The notes below the pieces were generated by a model. The model was given only the letters and a program-made list of their open reading frames with translations, was not told the origin of the DNA and ran no database searches. A DNA stretch of 64,000 bases from an uncultured Chloroflexia bacterium (lineage in GTDB: Bacteria; Chloroflexota; Anaerolineae; B4-G1; SLSP01): positions 160,001-224,000 of the forward strand of contig CAVVUS010000014.1 in the NCBI GenBank assembly GCA_963751345.1, in the 5' to 3' direction. Made by a program: the position numbers and the translations under genes. Shown here piece by piece: positions 34,991-45,872 of the stretch; the first letter of the stretch is position 1; each line of letters opens with the position of its first letter.

Positions 34991-36030
34991 CGACGCGCCG
35001 TTTCTGGGTCTTCATCGAGCAGGAACAGGGTGACGTCCATCCGGTATCTTGGGAGCTATTGGGCGTGGCGCGAGATCTCGCGTCCCAGGTCAAGGACGAA
35101 GCAGACGCTGCCGGCGACGAGGTCGTCGTCGAAGGTGTACTGCTTGGCTCCAACGTGAGGGCCATCGCCGAGCAGGCGATAGGCTTTGGGGCGGACCGGG
35201 TCTATCTTGTGGATGATCCGGTGCTCGAGAACTATCGCAACTGTCCCTACTATATGAGCATCCAGTCCGTCGCAAGGACGTACCAGCCCGAGGTCTTCCT
35301 CATCGGCGCGACGACACTCGGCCGAGATCTGGCGGGTGCGATCGCCACAGCGCTGGGCACCGGGCTCACCGCCGACTGCACACAACTGGAGATGGGTGAG
35401 GTCAGGGGCGCGACGCAGAAGCTACTCCTCGCCACCCGCCCGGCCTTCGGTGGCAATATCATGGCGACGATTGTCTGTCGCAAGCACCGGCCTCAGATGT
35501 CGAGTGTCAGGCCCAGGGTCTTCCCTGCCCCCGCCTACGACCCCGAAGCCAAGGGGGAGATCGTGGAGGTCGAGGTTGACTTGACCGAAGAGGGCGCACG
35601 GTCGTGTATCCTCGAATTCATCCACGCAAAAGAAGATATGGTCGACATCGAGTACAGCGACGTCATCGTCTCCGGAGGCCGCGGGCTGGGCGGGCCGGAG
35701 GGATTCAAGCTGATCAAAGAGCTGGCAGATACTATGAATGGCGTCGTAGGGGCCTCGAGGGCCTGTGTAGATGCCGGGTGGATCGCCTATTCTCACCAGG
35801 TAGGTCAGAGTGGGAAGACGGTGAGACCCAAGGTCTATGTCGCTGCCGGTATCTCAGGCGCCCTGCAACACAAGGTAGGTATGCAAAACTCAGATTTCAT
35901 CATCGCCATCAACAGTGATCCGGACGCACCGATTTTCGAGATCGCTGACGTCGGCATTGTGGGCGATCTGTACGAAGTTATTCCGGCAATGATCGGCGAG
36001 ATCAAGGCACGCAAGGAGGCCCGGGCATGA
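34987..36030 (+). CDS. fixB: Electron transfer flavoprotein alpha subunit FixB
   Basis: TGLTADCT, RPAFGGN, SGGRG, GASR, QVGQSGKTV, GISGALQH. Confidence 0.92.
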   Translation: MTTRRFWVFIEQEQGDVHPVSWELLGVARDLASQVKDEADAAGDEVVVEGVLLGSNVRAIAEQAIGFGADRVYLVDDPVLENYRNCPYYMSIQSVARTYQPEVFLIGATTLGRDLAGAIATALGTGLTADCTQLEMGEVRGATQKLLLATRPAFGGNIMATIVCRKHRPQMSSVRPRVFPAPAYDPEAKGEIVEVEVDLTEEGARSCILEFIHAKEDMVDIEYSDVIVSGGRGLGGPEGFKLIKELADTMNGVVGASRACVDAGWIAYSHQVGQSGKTVRPKVYVAAGISGALQHKVGMQNSDFIIAINSDPDAPIFEIADVGIVGDLYEVIPAMIGEIKARKEARA

Positions 36031-37349
36031 ACAACGAACGTATCGAGTTCGATGCCATCGTGGTAGGCGCCGGCCTCGCCGGATCAGCGGCCGCTATGGT
36101 GATGGCCCGCGAAGGACTCAACGTCGCGCTGATCGAGCGCGGACAGAAGCCGGGGGGCAAGAACTACTTCGGCGGCGCCGTCTATACCCACGCGATCGCA
36201 GATCTGATCCCGGACTATATGGACCGCCGGCCTCCCTTCGAACGACCGGTCACGGAAGCAGGATTCTGGTTCCTCTCCGAGACCGGCATCACCCGGATGA
36301 CCGTCCAGGGCGGCGAGCTCGCCACAGATCCCCCGGACGCCTATATCACGCTGAGGGCGCACTTCGACGAATGGTGGGCTGCACAGGCTCAGGAGGCCGG
36401 TGCCTTCTTGATCCCCAAGACGGCCGTCGTTGACTTGATCCGCGAGGAGAGCGGACAGGTGATTGGTGTGGTGACTGACCGCCCGCAGGGCGAGGTCTAT
36501 GCACCCGTGGTGATCATCTGCGAGGGCGTCAACAACATCCTGACGCAGAAACTCGGCTTGATCGATCGCGACATCGAACCTGCGCAGATAGCCTTGGCCG
36601 TCAAGAAGGTCATTTCGCTGCCGATGGAGACGATCAATGCACGCTTTGGCCTTGCAGACGACCAGCATGGCCTGGCGGTCTCTGTGTTGGGTGATGTCTC
36701 CATGGGTCTTGCGGGTATGGGCTTCGTCTATACGAACAAGGCCAGCGTATCAGTAGGCCTCGGTGTCATGTTGGACACGTTGGCGGAATATCGCCTGCGG
36801 CCATACGACATCCTGCAGCGCTATCTCGAACATCCCGCAATCGCCCCACTCATCAAGGACGGCCAGCTGTTGGAGTACGGTGGCCATCTCATCCCCGAGG
36901 GTGGTTACAAGGCCATGCCAAAGCTGTACACCGGTGGCGCACTCGTCGCCGGGGATGCGGCAGCGATGGTCAATGCCCTTCACTGGGAGGGCACTAACAT
37001 GGCGATCATCGCCGGGAAACACGCCGGGGAGACTGCCGTGGAAGCCCACAGCCGCGGGGATTTCAGCGAGAAGACCCTGTCGCGTTACGAGGATCGTCTC
37101 AGCGAAGGTTTCATTCTAAAGGATCTCAAGCAGTACCGAGGGTTCTCACGGTTCCTCGAGACACATCCGCAGTTTATGGACGTCTATCCGTCGTTTGTCA
37201 ATGGAGCCCTGGGCCAGTTCTTCAGCGCCTACGGCAAGCCCAAGCGACAGTTGTTCAAAGGTATGTTGAGCGCGCTGACCGATCGCCGTGGGCTGATCAA
37301 GGCCTCCGGCGATATCATCGCGATGGCGCGATCCGTGATGGGATGGTGA
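36027..37349 (+). CDS. fixC: FAD-dependent oxidoreductase FixC
   Basis: VVGAGLAG, ERG..PGGKN, GFVYTNK, HLIPEGG, GDAA; position within fixABCX. Confidence 0.9.
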   Translation: MNNERIEFDAIVVGAGLAGSAAAMVMAREGLNVALIERGQKPGGKNYFGGAVYTHAIADLIPDYMDRRPPFERPVTEAGFWFLSETGITRMTVQGGELATDPPDAYITLRAHFDEWWAAQAQEAGAFLIPKTAVVDLIREESGQVIGVVTDRPQGEVYAPVVIICEGVNNILTQKLGLIDRDIEPAQIALAVKKVISLPMETINARFGLADDQHGLAVSVLGDVSMGLAGMGFVYTNKASVSVGLGVMLDTLAEYRLRPYDILQRYLEHPAIAPLIKDGQLLEYGGHLIPEGGYKAMPKLYTGGALVAGDAAAMVNALHWEGTNMAIIAGKHAGETAVEAHSRGDFSEKTLSRYEDRLSEGFILKDLKQYRGFSRFLETHPQFMDVYPSFVNGALGQFFSAYGKPKRQLFKGMLSALTDRRGLIKASGDIIAMARSVMGW

Positions 37350-37353
37350 TCGT

Positions 37354-37704
37354 ATGGCAATGAAAACAGGGGATGCATTCGAGGCCAAGGAACTCCCGCA
37401 GGATAAGAAAGAGACCTTGCCGGACGTCTACGTCGACGATCTCTTGATGAGTCTGAAGTATTTCATCGATGAGGATGTGGCGCATCTATCGATCATCGAT
37501 GACGACGTTTGCGCGCGCTGTGAGTATAAGCCGTGCCTCTATTTCTGCCCGGTGGGCGTCTACACACTGGGCAGCGACGGCCGAATCCAGGTGGCCTATC
37601 AAGGCTGTGTAGAGTGTGGCAGCTGTCGGGTCGGGTGCCCCTACAAGAATATCGACTGGAAGCTGCCGCGAGGCGGCTTTGGCGTCGCCTACAAGTTCGG
37701 ATAA
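37354..37704 (+). CDS. fixX: Ferredoxin-like protein FixX
   Basis: CARC..KPC..FCP, GCVECGSCRVGC, W..PRGGFGVAYKFG. Confidence 0.9.
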   Translation: MAMKTGDAFEAKELPQDKKETLPDVYVDDLLMSLKYFIDEDVAHLSIIDDDVCARCEYKPCLYFCPVGVYTLGSDGRIQVAYQGCVECGSCRVGCPYKNIDWKLPRGGFGVAYKFG

Positions 37705-37720
37705 CGTCTGCACGTAGTTC

Positions 37721-37755
37721 AACCTTCGCAAGGTTTCGGAAACCTTGCGAAGGTT
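37721..37755. repeat. REP-like double palindrome, copy 4
   Basis: AACCTTCGCAAGGTT-TCGGA-AACCTTGCGAAGGTT; GTAG at 37714-37717. Confidence 0.8.
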
Positions 37756-37773
37756 TACAGGAGCGTACCCTCA

Positions 37774-38370
37774 ATGGATGCAGATTCGATCAAGAAGGAA
37801 CGAACGCTGGTGCTGTTGAAGCCCGATGCCGTGGCCCGCGGCCTTTCCGGCGAGATCATCCGGAGATTCGAGCGGGCGGGGCTGAAGATCGTGGCCCTCA
37901 AGATGCTCCACCCGACCCCGGAGGTCGCTGCAGGCCACTACTCAGGCCCCGACGACTGGATTCGAGGGATGGGACAGAAAACCTTGGACTCCTTCGACCA
38001 ATTCGGGATGGATGTCCAGGAGGTCCTGGGGACGGACGACCCGTTCGAGATCGGCACGATGGTCAGGGGCTGGCTGGTAGCGTACGTCTCCTCAGGGCCC
38101 GTCGTGGCCATGGTGTTGCAGGGCGTTCACGCCATCACGGCGGTGCGGCGCATGATCGGGTTCACGATTCCCTCTCGGGCGGAACCCGGCACCATCCGCG
38201 CAGACTACGCCATAGACTCCAACACCGTCTCGAGCCTGGAGAAACGCTCGACCAAGAACCTTATCCACGCCTCGGGCAACGCCGAGGAGGCTGCACAGGA
38301 GATCGCGTACTGGTTCAGCCAGGATGAGATCTTCGACTACGAGCGAGGCGGCGAAGCGCTAATGTTCTAG
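37774..38370 (+). CDS. ndk: Nucleoside diphosphate kinase
   Basis: ERTLVLLKPDAV, SGPVVAMV, PGTIRADY, NLIHASG. Confidence 0.95.
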   Translation: MDADSIKKERTLVLLKPDAVARGLSGEIIRRFERAGLKIVALKMLHPTPEVAAGHYSGPDDWIRGMGQKTLDSFDQFGMDVQEVLGTDDPFEIGTMVRGWLVAYVSSGPVVAMVLQGVHAITAVRRMIGFTIPSRAEPGTIRADYAIDSNTVSSLEKRSTKNLIHASGNAEEAAQEIAYWFSQDEIFDYERGGEALMF

Positions 38371-38393
38371 GTTGGCCAGCGAAGCCTAGATGT

Positions 38394-38430
38394 GAAACCA
38401 GGTAGGTCGGGTGACCTACCTGGTTTCTTT
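38394..38430 (+). terminator. Intrinsic terminator (possibly bidirectional)
   Basis: GAAACCAGGTAGGTC-GGGT-GACCTACCTGGTTTC-TTT. Confidence 0.8.
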
Positions 38431-38456
38431 GTGCCCTCTGACGATAGAAGACCGGG

Positions 38457-41400
38457 CTACAGTTGATTCATCGCCCGATTGTAGATCTCCAGGGCCTTAT
38501 CGAGATCACCGAATTTCATATAGGCGTCGCCAAGCGTCCGAAGTACACCCGGCCCGTCGGGCATTGCCTCGGCATAGCGCTCCAGGTCCGTCGTCACCTC
38601 GTCGGACTTGGCACCCGACTTGATCAGCCGGGTGTAATGCTGCATCGCCTCCTGGATCTCGCCGGCGTCCCACAGCGCGCGTCCCAGGGTGAGCCGCGCG
38701 GCGTGGTCCGAGCGCTTCTGCTTCACGTGGGCCCGCAGTGCGTCGAGCTCCGTGACCTCCGTCTCTGCGACCTCTGCCTCGGCACCGGGCTCTACAGACG
38801 GCGCTTCCTCCGCCGCTGCGACGACAGGTTCCGGCAGTGGCTCTTCTTCCGGCGGCGCAACTACCTCCGGCGCTACCGGTTCTTCAGGGGCTGCCTCCGG
38901 TTCTTCGAGTTCAGGCTCTATAGCGACAACCGTCTCCTCTTCGGCCGGAACCTCAGCAGCAGGCGCCTCGACGCCGGCCTGCAGAGTCTCGGACTCGCCG
39001 GTCAGTGTAGCCTCTGCCGGGCTTGGCTCACTCGGAGAGGTAAGCTCCTCAGGTTCACCGCCAAACGCGGACCATCCGAAGAACGTCTCCTCCTCCGGCA
39101 CCGCTTCGGCCGGAGGGGATTCGGTGCCCTCGGCTTCGATCTGCTCCTGAAGCTCAGCCTCCTCCATAGGCCCCAGACCCTCCAGCCACGCGAGCGCGTC
39201 CTCCCCCAAAGGGGCCTCTGCCGTTTCAGGAACGTCCTCTGAAGGCGGCACTCCCGGGACGGCCGATTCCATCACCTCAGGGATCTCCGCATCGGAGATA
39301 ACCTCGGCCAAGGAGTCCGGCTGCCCCATCAACCCCTCGACTTCGGGCGCTTCCTCGGAAGGTTCGGCGATCTGCTCAAGCGTCTGAGCATCCGCCAATC
39401 TCGGTCTGATCTGCCGGCGCTTCACGCTTGCGCCCAAGGATTTCAGCGACGCGATCTGCAGATTCCCGCTCGGCGAGCGCCTGCAGCTCTTCTTCCTTGC
39501 CAACGGTGAGACTCTGCAGCCAGGCCAGAGCATCATCCCCGGACATGAGATCACCTTCATCAGAGGGTGGTACCACCTGCGCAGCCTCAACAGCGTCTGA
39601 GACAGACTCGGGGACGAGTTCCGCTTCCTCCTCGACCGACAACATGCTTGGCTCGGGTTCGATTCCCTCCGGGGCCTCTTCGACGGTGGCAAGGCTCTCG
39701 AGCCACGCCAGCGTGTCGTCACTCGACAATAGCCCGCCCATTTCCTCACCTGCCGCGGCCTCGATGGTCTCAGCAGGGGCCTCATCCGCAGCGGCGAGGG
39801 GCTCCACCGTCGCAGGCTCCTCCACGACAGTCGAAGGCGCGGGGGTCACGATCTCGGTAGCCTGCTCAGTCCAATCTAGCTCTGCCCCGGCAAGCACCTC
39901 CGATTCCGCTTCCTCCTCACCTGCAGTCAGACTGTCCAACCAGGCAAGCGCCGCTTCACCCGTCAGGATGTCTTCCTCTTCTTCAGGTACGACGGCCTCG
40001 GCCTCGGGAACCAATGGTTCTGAGAATTCCGTGCCCTCGGGCTCGAGCGCACGAAGCCAGTCAGGGATCTCTTCCTCCGGATACTCCTCCTCAACGACGG
40101 CGGCGGGTGTCGTGGGCTCCAACCCGGCTAGCCAATCCGGAAGCTCCTCAGCTTCAGGAAGCTCGAGGTCAGCGGATGCTTCATCGGCGACCTGTTCGTC
40201 TTCAGCCTGAACCTGCAACTCGCTGAGCCAATCCGGTACTTCGTCGGGCGCAGCAGGCTCCACGATCTGCGTTGGCGCTTCCGGTAGCTCATCTGTCATC
40301 CACCCGAGCAGGTCCTCATCCTCTTCTTCACCGGCCTCGGACGCCTCATCTACCGTGGTCTGGAGTTCGCCCAGCCAATCCGGGAGCGATTCATCGACCT
40401 CGATCGTCTCAGGTGCGGGCTCCCGAAGGAGCTCTTCATCCTCGGCGGTCAACTGGGCAAGCCAGTCGGCTGTCCCGTCTTCTCCAGGCATCGACTCCGC
40501 AGGCTGCTCTTCTTCCATCCCCTCAATCGCGAGGGTCGGTGCTTCTTCGTCTGCGGCTGGCCCCTCCCCTGCAAGCTCCAGCAGCCAGTCGGGTGCGCCC
40601 TCCGCTTCCTCCATCTCCAACGAGAGACCCTCGGGCGCCAATTCCTGAAGCCAGTCCGGTACGGCCTCGCCTTCCTCAATCCCCTCCGCCTCACCGGCCT
40701 CAGGCTCGATCCCGAATGCCGATGCCAGGTCGGGTACGCCCTCGAAAGCCGCCTCACCCTCCGCTTCAGCCTCCTCAGTGTCAACGGCCTCGTCCGACTC
40801 GGTGAACTCGATGTCAGCCATCCACCCGAGTCCCCCGGCGCCCTCCTCCTCCTGCTCCTGGACTGTTCCTAGTTCCCTCAGCCAATCGGGGATCTCAATC
40901 TGTGATTCCAAACCGGCGGTGATATCCACGAGGCGGACCTCGTCAGCCGTCATCTCCGGGGGCGCTTCCGATATGCCTACCGTAATCGAGGCTGCTTCGA
41001 GACGCTTGAACCACGTGCTGTCCTGATCGACATCGATGGCATCCGGATCATAGGCAAGGCGATCGACTACGGTCTGCTGCGTCCCCAACAGGGAATCGGC
41101 ACCGAACAGCTCCTCCGCGCGAAGGTTCTCCGGATCGATCTCCTGGGCACGTTTCAGATAAATCCAGCCCTCGTCCTGACCGCTGTTGACCCACAGGGTG
41201 CCCAACAGGAGATTCGCCTTGATGTTATACGGCATCTTGTCCAGGATCTCCTGACACACTTCGGAGGCCTGAACCAACTGACCGTTACGCCAATAAGCCT
41301 CCGCCAACGCCGTCATGAGGTCGGGCCGCGCGGATTGTTCTTCGAGGAGCGCATGCAATTCCTCCGCCGCGCGCTCGGGGCGCTGTCCCCGCAAGTACAA

Positions 41401-41814
41401 ATGTGCGAGTCCGGCACGGGTCTGCGGCACATAGGCGAGCTCCATGCCATCGCGACGGCCATACATACGACGCAGCTCTTCCGCTATCTCGCTGCTGCTG
41501 GGGTCCGTTTCTAGGGCCCGTTCGAGGTTCCAGAGCGCAGCGTCTAAGTCGTTGCGCCGCTCGTGGGCCAGCCCCAGCCCAATACGAGAGACAAGATGCT
41601 CCGGATCCGCACTAAGCGCGCGCCGAAACATGTCGACCGCCAACTCGGGCAGATCGGCTTCCAGGGTAGTCTTTCCCAGAAGATAATAGGCGCCAACATA
41701 GTGAGGGAATTGGGTCAAGAGGTGCCGAATATGTGCCAGGGCCTCTAGGTAACGAGTCTGCTCGATTAGCTGATCAATCTCGTTTTCATACACTTGCAAG
41801 GAGATTTCGGACAC
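38457..41814 (-). CDS. TPR protein with a long acidic linker carrying repeated PDWL/AWL motifs (frameshift ~39390), ~1120 aa
   Basis: N-terminal TPR helices, E/D/P/A-rich centre, C-terminal TPR (LGDAYMKFGDLDKALEIYNRA); AGGAGG RBS before GTG. Confidence 0.8.
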
Positions 41815-41937
41815 AACGTCCTCCTGTGGGCAATTCCGTCATTGGTCTTCCAAATACATTATGCTATGCTTTAGATGAAAAGTCAAAATATCGTTGGTAA
41901 CAAAGCCCATTCACTTTGGGGAACTTGGGTTAACGAA

Positions 41938-43020
41938 GTGCTACAGCGAACCCTGCTCGACATCGGTCTATCCGAATTGGAGGCGCAACTCAGGTCGTGG
42001 GGCGAACCCTATGACCAAGCGCGTGCCTACGCGCGTGACATCTGGCGGTATCTCTATGAGGAGTACGTCGCCGACGTCATGCAAATGACGTCGATCCCTT
42101 CGCACCTGCGGGATCGCCTGGTCGAGACGCTGTTCATTCACGCGCCGGTACGCCTGGCGAGCGAGGTCAGTTCCGACGGCAGCACACAGAAGGATCTCCT
42201 TCAACTGGCGGACGGTGCCCGCATCGAGTCGGTCGTCCTCAAGTATCGCGAGCGTTACACCGTCTGTGTCTCCACCCAGGTCGGCTGTGCCTGCGGCTGC
42301 GATTTTTGTGCGACCGGGGACATGGGCTTTGTGCGACAGCTTTCATCCGGGGAGATCCTGGCACAGGTGCTCCATTTCCAGCGAACACTCCATTCTCTCC
42401 ACAAGCAGGTATCCAACGTCGTCTTTATGGGGATGGGCGAGCCCCTCCTCAACGAAGACCAAACCCTCCGCGCAATTCGTTCCTTGATCGACCCACGGGG
42501 ACCCGGATTTGCTCCCGGTCGCATCACGCTAAGCACCGTAGGTATTGTGCCCGGGATCGTGCATCTGGCGGACCTCCATCCCCAGATGCCCATCAAATTG
42601 GCCGTCTCTTTGCACGCCGCGACGAACGATCTGCGCGATGCCCTGATGCCGATCAACAAAGCCTATCCATTGGAGGCGTTGTTTGAGGCTGCGCACGCCT
42701 ATGCCGAGGCAACGCGGCGCCGGATCTTCTTCGCCTGGATCATGATCGACGGTGTCAACGACTCACCGGCCCAGGCAGAGGCGCTTGCCACAAGGCTGCA
42801 GGGCCTGCCTTCACACGTCAATCTGATTCAACTCAATCCGACCTCGAACTCCCGCTACCGTCCGTCATCTGCGGAGGCCATCGAGGCCTTTGCTGCGGTT
42901 CTGGACCGTTACGAGATTCCGCATACGATGCGTCAGCGTCGAGGCGCGGGGATTGAGGCGGGGTGTGGGCAACTCTACGCCCTGCAGCGAAGTGACCAGA
43001 CGCTACAGCACGCGTTCTAG
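41938..43020 (+). CDS. rlmN: 23S rRNA/tRNA m2A methyltransferase RlmN (start uncertain)
   Basis: CVSTQVGCACGCDFCATG, FMGMGEPL, ITLSTVG, LAVSLHA, AGCGQL. Confidence 0.9.
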   Translation: MLQRTLLDIGLSELEAQLRSWGEPYDQARAYARDIWRYLYEEYVADVMQMTSIPSHLRDRLVETLFIHAPVRLASEVSSDGSTQKDLLQLADGARIESVVLKYRERYTVCVSTQVGCACGCDFCATGDMGFVRQLSSGEILAQVLHFQRTLHSLHKQVSNVVFMGMGEPLLNEDQTLRAIRSLIDPRGPGFAPGRITLSTVGIVPGIVHLADLHPQMPIKLAVSLHAATNDLRDALMPINKAYPLEALFEAAHAYAEATRRRIFFAWIMIDGVNDSPAQAEALATRLQGLPSHVNLIQLNPTSNSRYRPSSAEAIEAFAAVLDRYEIPHTMRQRRGAGIEAGCGQLYALQRSDQTLQHAF

Positions 43021-43192
43021 TTATCCCGGGAGTGGATCACGGCATAGGGTCCGCTCGGAGCTGGGTCGCGAAAGGTACAATATCCGTTTGAATGCGCTTG
43101 CCACACTCAGGACCTTCGAGTATGATTGACATAGGTGCTCACCTGGAGAGAACTTGGGATTCCCCGAGTCATCTGGGCCCAATCAGAAGGCA

Positions 43193-44080
43193 ATGATGAG
43201 TTCTCTAAATCGAACACAGAAGATCGTCCTACTGGTGCTCGCAGCACTTGATGTCGTCGTGATCGGGGGAATGGCCTGGATCGTGATCAGCTCGATGCGC
43301 ATTCCCGCTCAGGCCCCTCCCGTGCCGACCGCCCCGACCGCCACGCACATCCCCGTAGCGACCTGGACGCCTGCACCGACGACAACGCCTCGCCCGACGC
43401 TGCCGGCCAGACTGACCAACACGCCGACCCCAACGACGACACCGGTTCCGACGATCACACCGTCCCCCACGTCCACGCCGCAGCCTCCGGTTGCAGTCTC
43501 CCTGAACGGTGCGAATTTCGACTTCTTGCTGCCCAACCGCATCCCGGGATGGACGTGGGATGCTTACGTGAACTACAAGGGCGGCGACGGATACGACTCA
43601 GAGACCTCCTACGCGGAACCCATGTTTTCCGCAGCCGATGACCCACAGCGCCAGATCGATGGGACGACCCTGAAGGTTGAGACCATCCGATGGCTGAAGT
43701 TCCGCACGTGGGTGCATCAGACGGTGACCGTCACCGCAGGGAGTAGGGTAACCTTTCAGATCAGGGCCGGGGCTTTTTCGTCGCTCGACAGCCTCATCGT
43801 AAAGGCGGGCATCGATCCCAAGGGCAGACCCAACTGCAACAGCGCCCTGTGGGGACAGGAGTTGCGGATCAACCAGGACAGTGGGGCCGTGACCCTTACA
43901 TCGCCCGCAGTCGTCGCATTGCCCGTTGACGAACCCACCGTCGAGCAAGACGAAGGGACGCCCCAGCCGAGCACTGTTGGCCGGGTCACGGTCTGTTTCT
44001 ATGCCGAGCCCGCCTATCCTCACATCAATAACGCGGCGTTTTTTGATTTGGCCAAATTGACCGTCACGCCTCCACGATAA
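43193..44080 (+). CDS. Membrane-anchored Pro/Thr-linker protein with a C-terminal beta-rich domain
   Basis: N-terminal TM helix, PT repeats, Trp-rich C-terminal domain. Confidence 0.6.
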   Translation: MMSSLNRTQKIVLLVLAALDVVVIGGMAWIVISSMRIPAQAPPVPTAPTATHIPVATWTPAPTTTPRPTLPARLTNTPTPTTTPVPTITPSPTSTPQPPVAVSLNGANFDFLLPNRIPGWTWDAYVNYKGGDGYDSETSYAEPMFSAADDPQRQIDGTTLKVETIRWLKFRTWVHQTVTVTAGSRVTFQIRAGAFSSLDSLIVKAGIDPKGRPNCNSALWGQELRINQDSGAVTLTSPAVVALPVDEPTVEQDEGTPQPSTVGRVTVCFYAEPAYPHINNAAFFDLAKLTVTPPR

Positions 44081-44096
44081 GCAGAAAGGAACCACT

Positions 44097-45149
44097 ATGT
44101 CCAACTCGGATTCCTACGATGTCATTGTGGTAGGTGCAGGATTGACCGGCGCCCTGATTGCTTCGACGTTGGCCGAGGAAGGCCTGCATGTTGTGGTGCT
44201 GGAGGCCGCGACATCCCTGGGTGGCACAGTTAGACGCCAGCCCGGGCTGGCCCTCCTGGGAACACCCGAACCCTTTACGCAGTTGATGGATCGTCAAGGC
44301 GAGGAACTGGCGCACACGATCTGGGAACTCACGTCGGAAAACCTGGTCCGGCTGGAAATCCTGCTCGATAGGGCCGGCGTGCCTGCGGAGAGAATCGGCA
44401 GTCTGCGACTGGCCGCGGATGCTGAGCAGTCGGCGGCCTTTCGGGATTCTGCAGCGCAGCTCGAGCAATATGGATACGCCGTAGGGCTGGAAGACGACAG
44501 CCGCTATGGGAGTCAAGTCGCCATCCGAACGTCAGACGACCTCCTCTTTGCGCCATATCCACTCATCAGCAAACTGCTGGAACACGAAAACATCATCCTG
44601 GAACTTGATGCCGAAGTCCAGAAGGCCAAGCGGCGAACCGATGACGGCCTCGCGATTTACGCACATCATCGCTATTTGTGGGCCGACAAGGTCATCTTCG
44701 CCAACGGCATCCATGCGACGCGGCTTGACCCTGGGCTGTCCGACACGTTACGTCCGACGTGTGTCCATACCATCGTCTTTGAGAACACCAAGACGTTAGC
44801 ACTTCCGCTGGTTCTCGACAGCGGACGGGTTTTCTTCCTTCCCGATGGCGACCGCGCTTATCTCACCGGCTGGGACGCTCAGGAGACCGACGTCTTCTGG
44901 CGGCTGACCGCCGTCGCCAACCAACTCTGTCCGGGCGCGATCGTTCATGAGCGCTACACCACATGGGTGGCACGAAGCGACGATCTGCTGCCCATCGTAG
45001 GACGGCTTCCTGCGGACAAGGATCTCTATGCCATCGGCGGATTGGGGCCATTTGGCCTGAGCCTTGCGCTCATCGCCGCCGACGAGCTGGCAGAACTCGT
45101 TCTGTACGATCGAGAGCCGGAGTTGTTTGCCTTCGATAGATTTCGATAA
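44097..45149 (+). CDS. FAD-dependent oxidoreductase (DAO family)
   Basis: YDVIVVGAGLTG, DLLPIVGRL, GGLGPFGL. Confidence 0.8.
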   Translation: MSNSDSYDVIVVGAGLTGALIASTLAEEGLHVVVLEAATSLGGTVRRQPGLALLGTPEPFTQLMDRQGEELAHTIWELTSENLVRLEILLDRAGVPAERIGSLRLAADAEQSAAFRDSAAQLEQYGYAVGLEDDSRYGSQVAIRTSDDLLFAPYPLISKLLEHENIILELDAEVQKAKRRTDDGLAIYAHHRYLWADKVIFANGIHATRLDPGLSDTLRPTCVHTIVFENTKTLALPLVLDSGRVFFLPDGDRAYLTGWDAQETDVFWRLTAVANQLCPGAIVHERYTTWVARSDDLLPIVGRLPADKDLYAIGGLGPFGLSLALIAADELAELVLYDREPELFAFDRFR

Positions 45150-45161
45150 GCAGGGACAACG

Positions 45162-45834
45162 ATGATCAAAGTTGCCATCGTTGACGACCACTTTTTCTTC
45201 CGCCAGGGCGTCCGTGATGTACTCAATGCCGAACCGGACATCACCGTCGTCGCGGAGAGCGGCGATGGCGAGGAAGCTCTGGAGATGGTCGCTGACCTCC
45301 CGTCCGGACATCGTTCTGATGGACGTCAATCTCCCCAATCTTAACGGACTCCAAGTCACTCAACAGATAAAGAACGCGTTCTCCGATGTCGACGTCATCA
45401 TCCTGACAGCCTACGATGATGAGGAGCAAATATACCGCGCGGTTCGAATCGGGGCGTCGGCCTACTTCCCCAAAGATGTAGCTCCCCCACAACTTATCGA
45501 GACGGTGCGGCTGGTCGCCCAGGGATACTACGTCATATCCAATAAGCAAATGACATCAAGTGAGGCCGAACAGTGGCTGCTGGAGTTGTACCATCGCTAC
45601 GGCATTAGCCCGGAAGACACCACCTTCTCTCCACTCACGAACCGCGAGATGGAGATCCTTGAGCAGATTATTGACGGACTCAGCAACAAGGAGATCGCGG
45701 TCCATCTGGGGATCAGCCAGCAGACCGTAAAGAACCACGTGACTTCCATTCTCGCAAAGCTCAACCGCTCCGATCGAACACAGGCCGCGATCTACGCGTT
45801 GCGCCACGGCTGGGTTCGCCTGCCGGATGCATAG
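45162..45834 (+). CDS. NarL/DegU-type response regulator (frameshift ~45295)
   Basis: VAIVDDH, PDIVLMDVNLP, LTNREMEIL..GLSNKEIA..LGISQQTVKNH. Confidence 0.9.
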
Positions 45835-45872
45835 GTCTCGACGCAGAAAGTCAGTCGCACATAGGGGGACTC

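Noticed and set aside
41875-43020. rlmN as the missing GRE activase, or as Cfr
   Set aside because: Has RlmN-type MGMGEP and CGQL motifs, lies ~18 kb from the GRE, and shows nothing suggesting a mobile resistance context.
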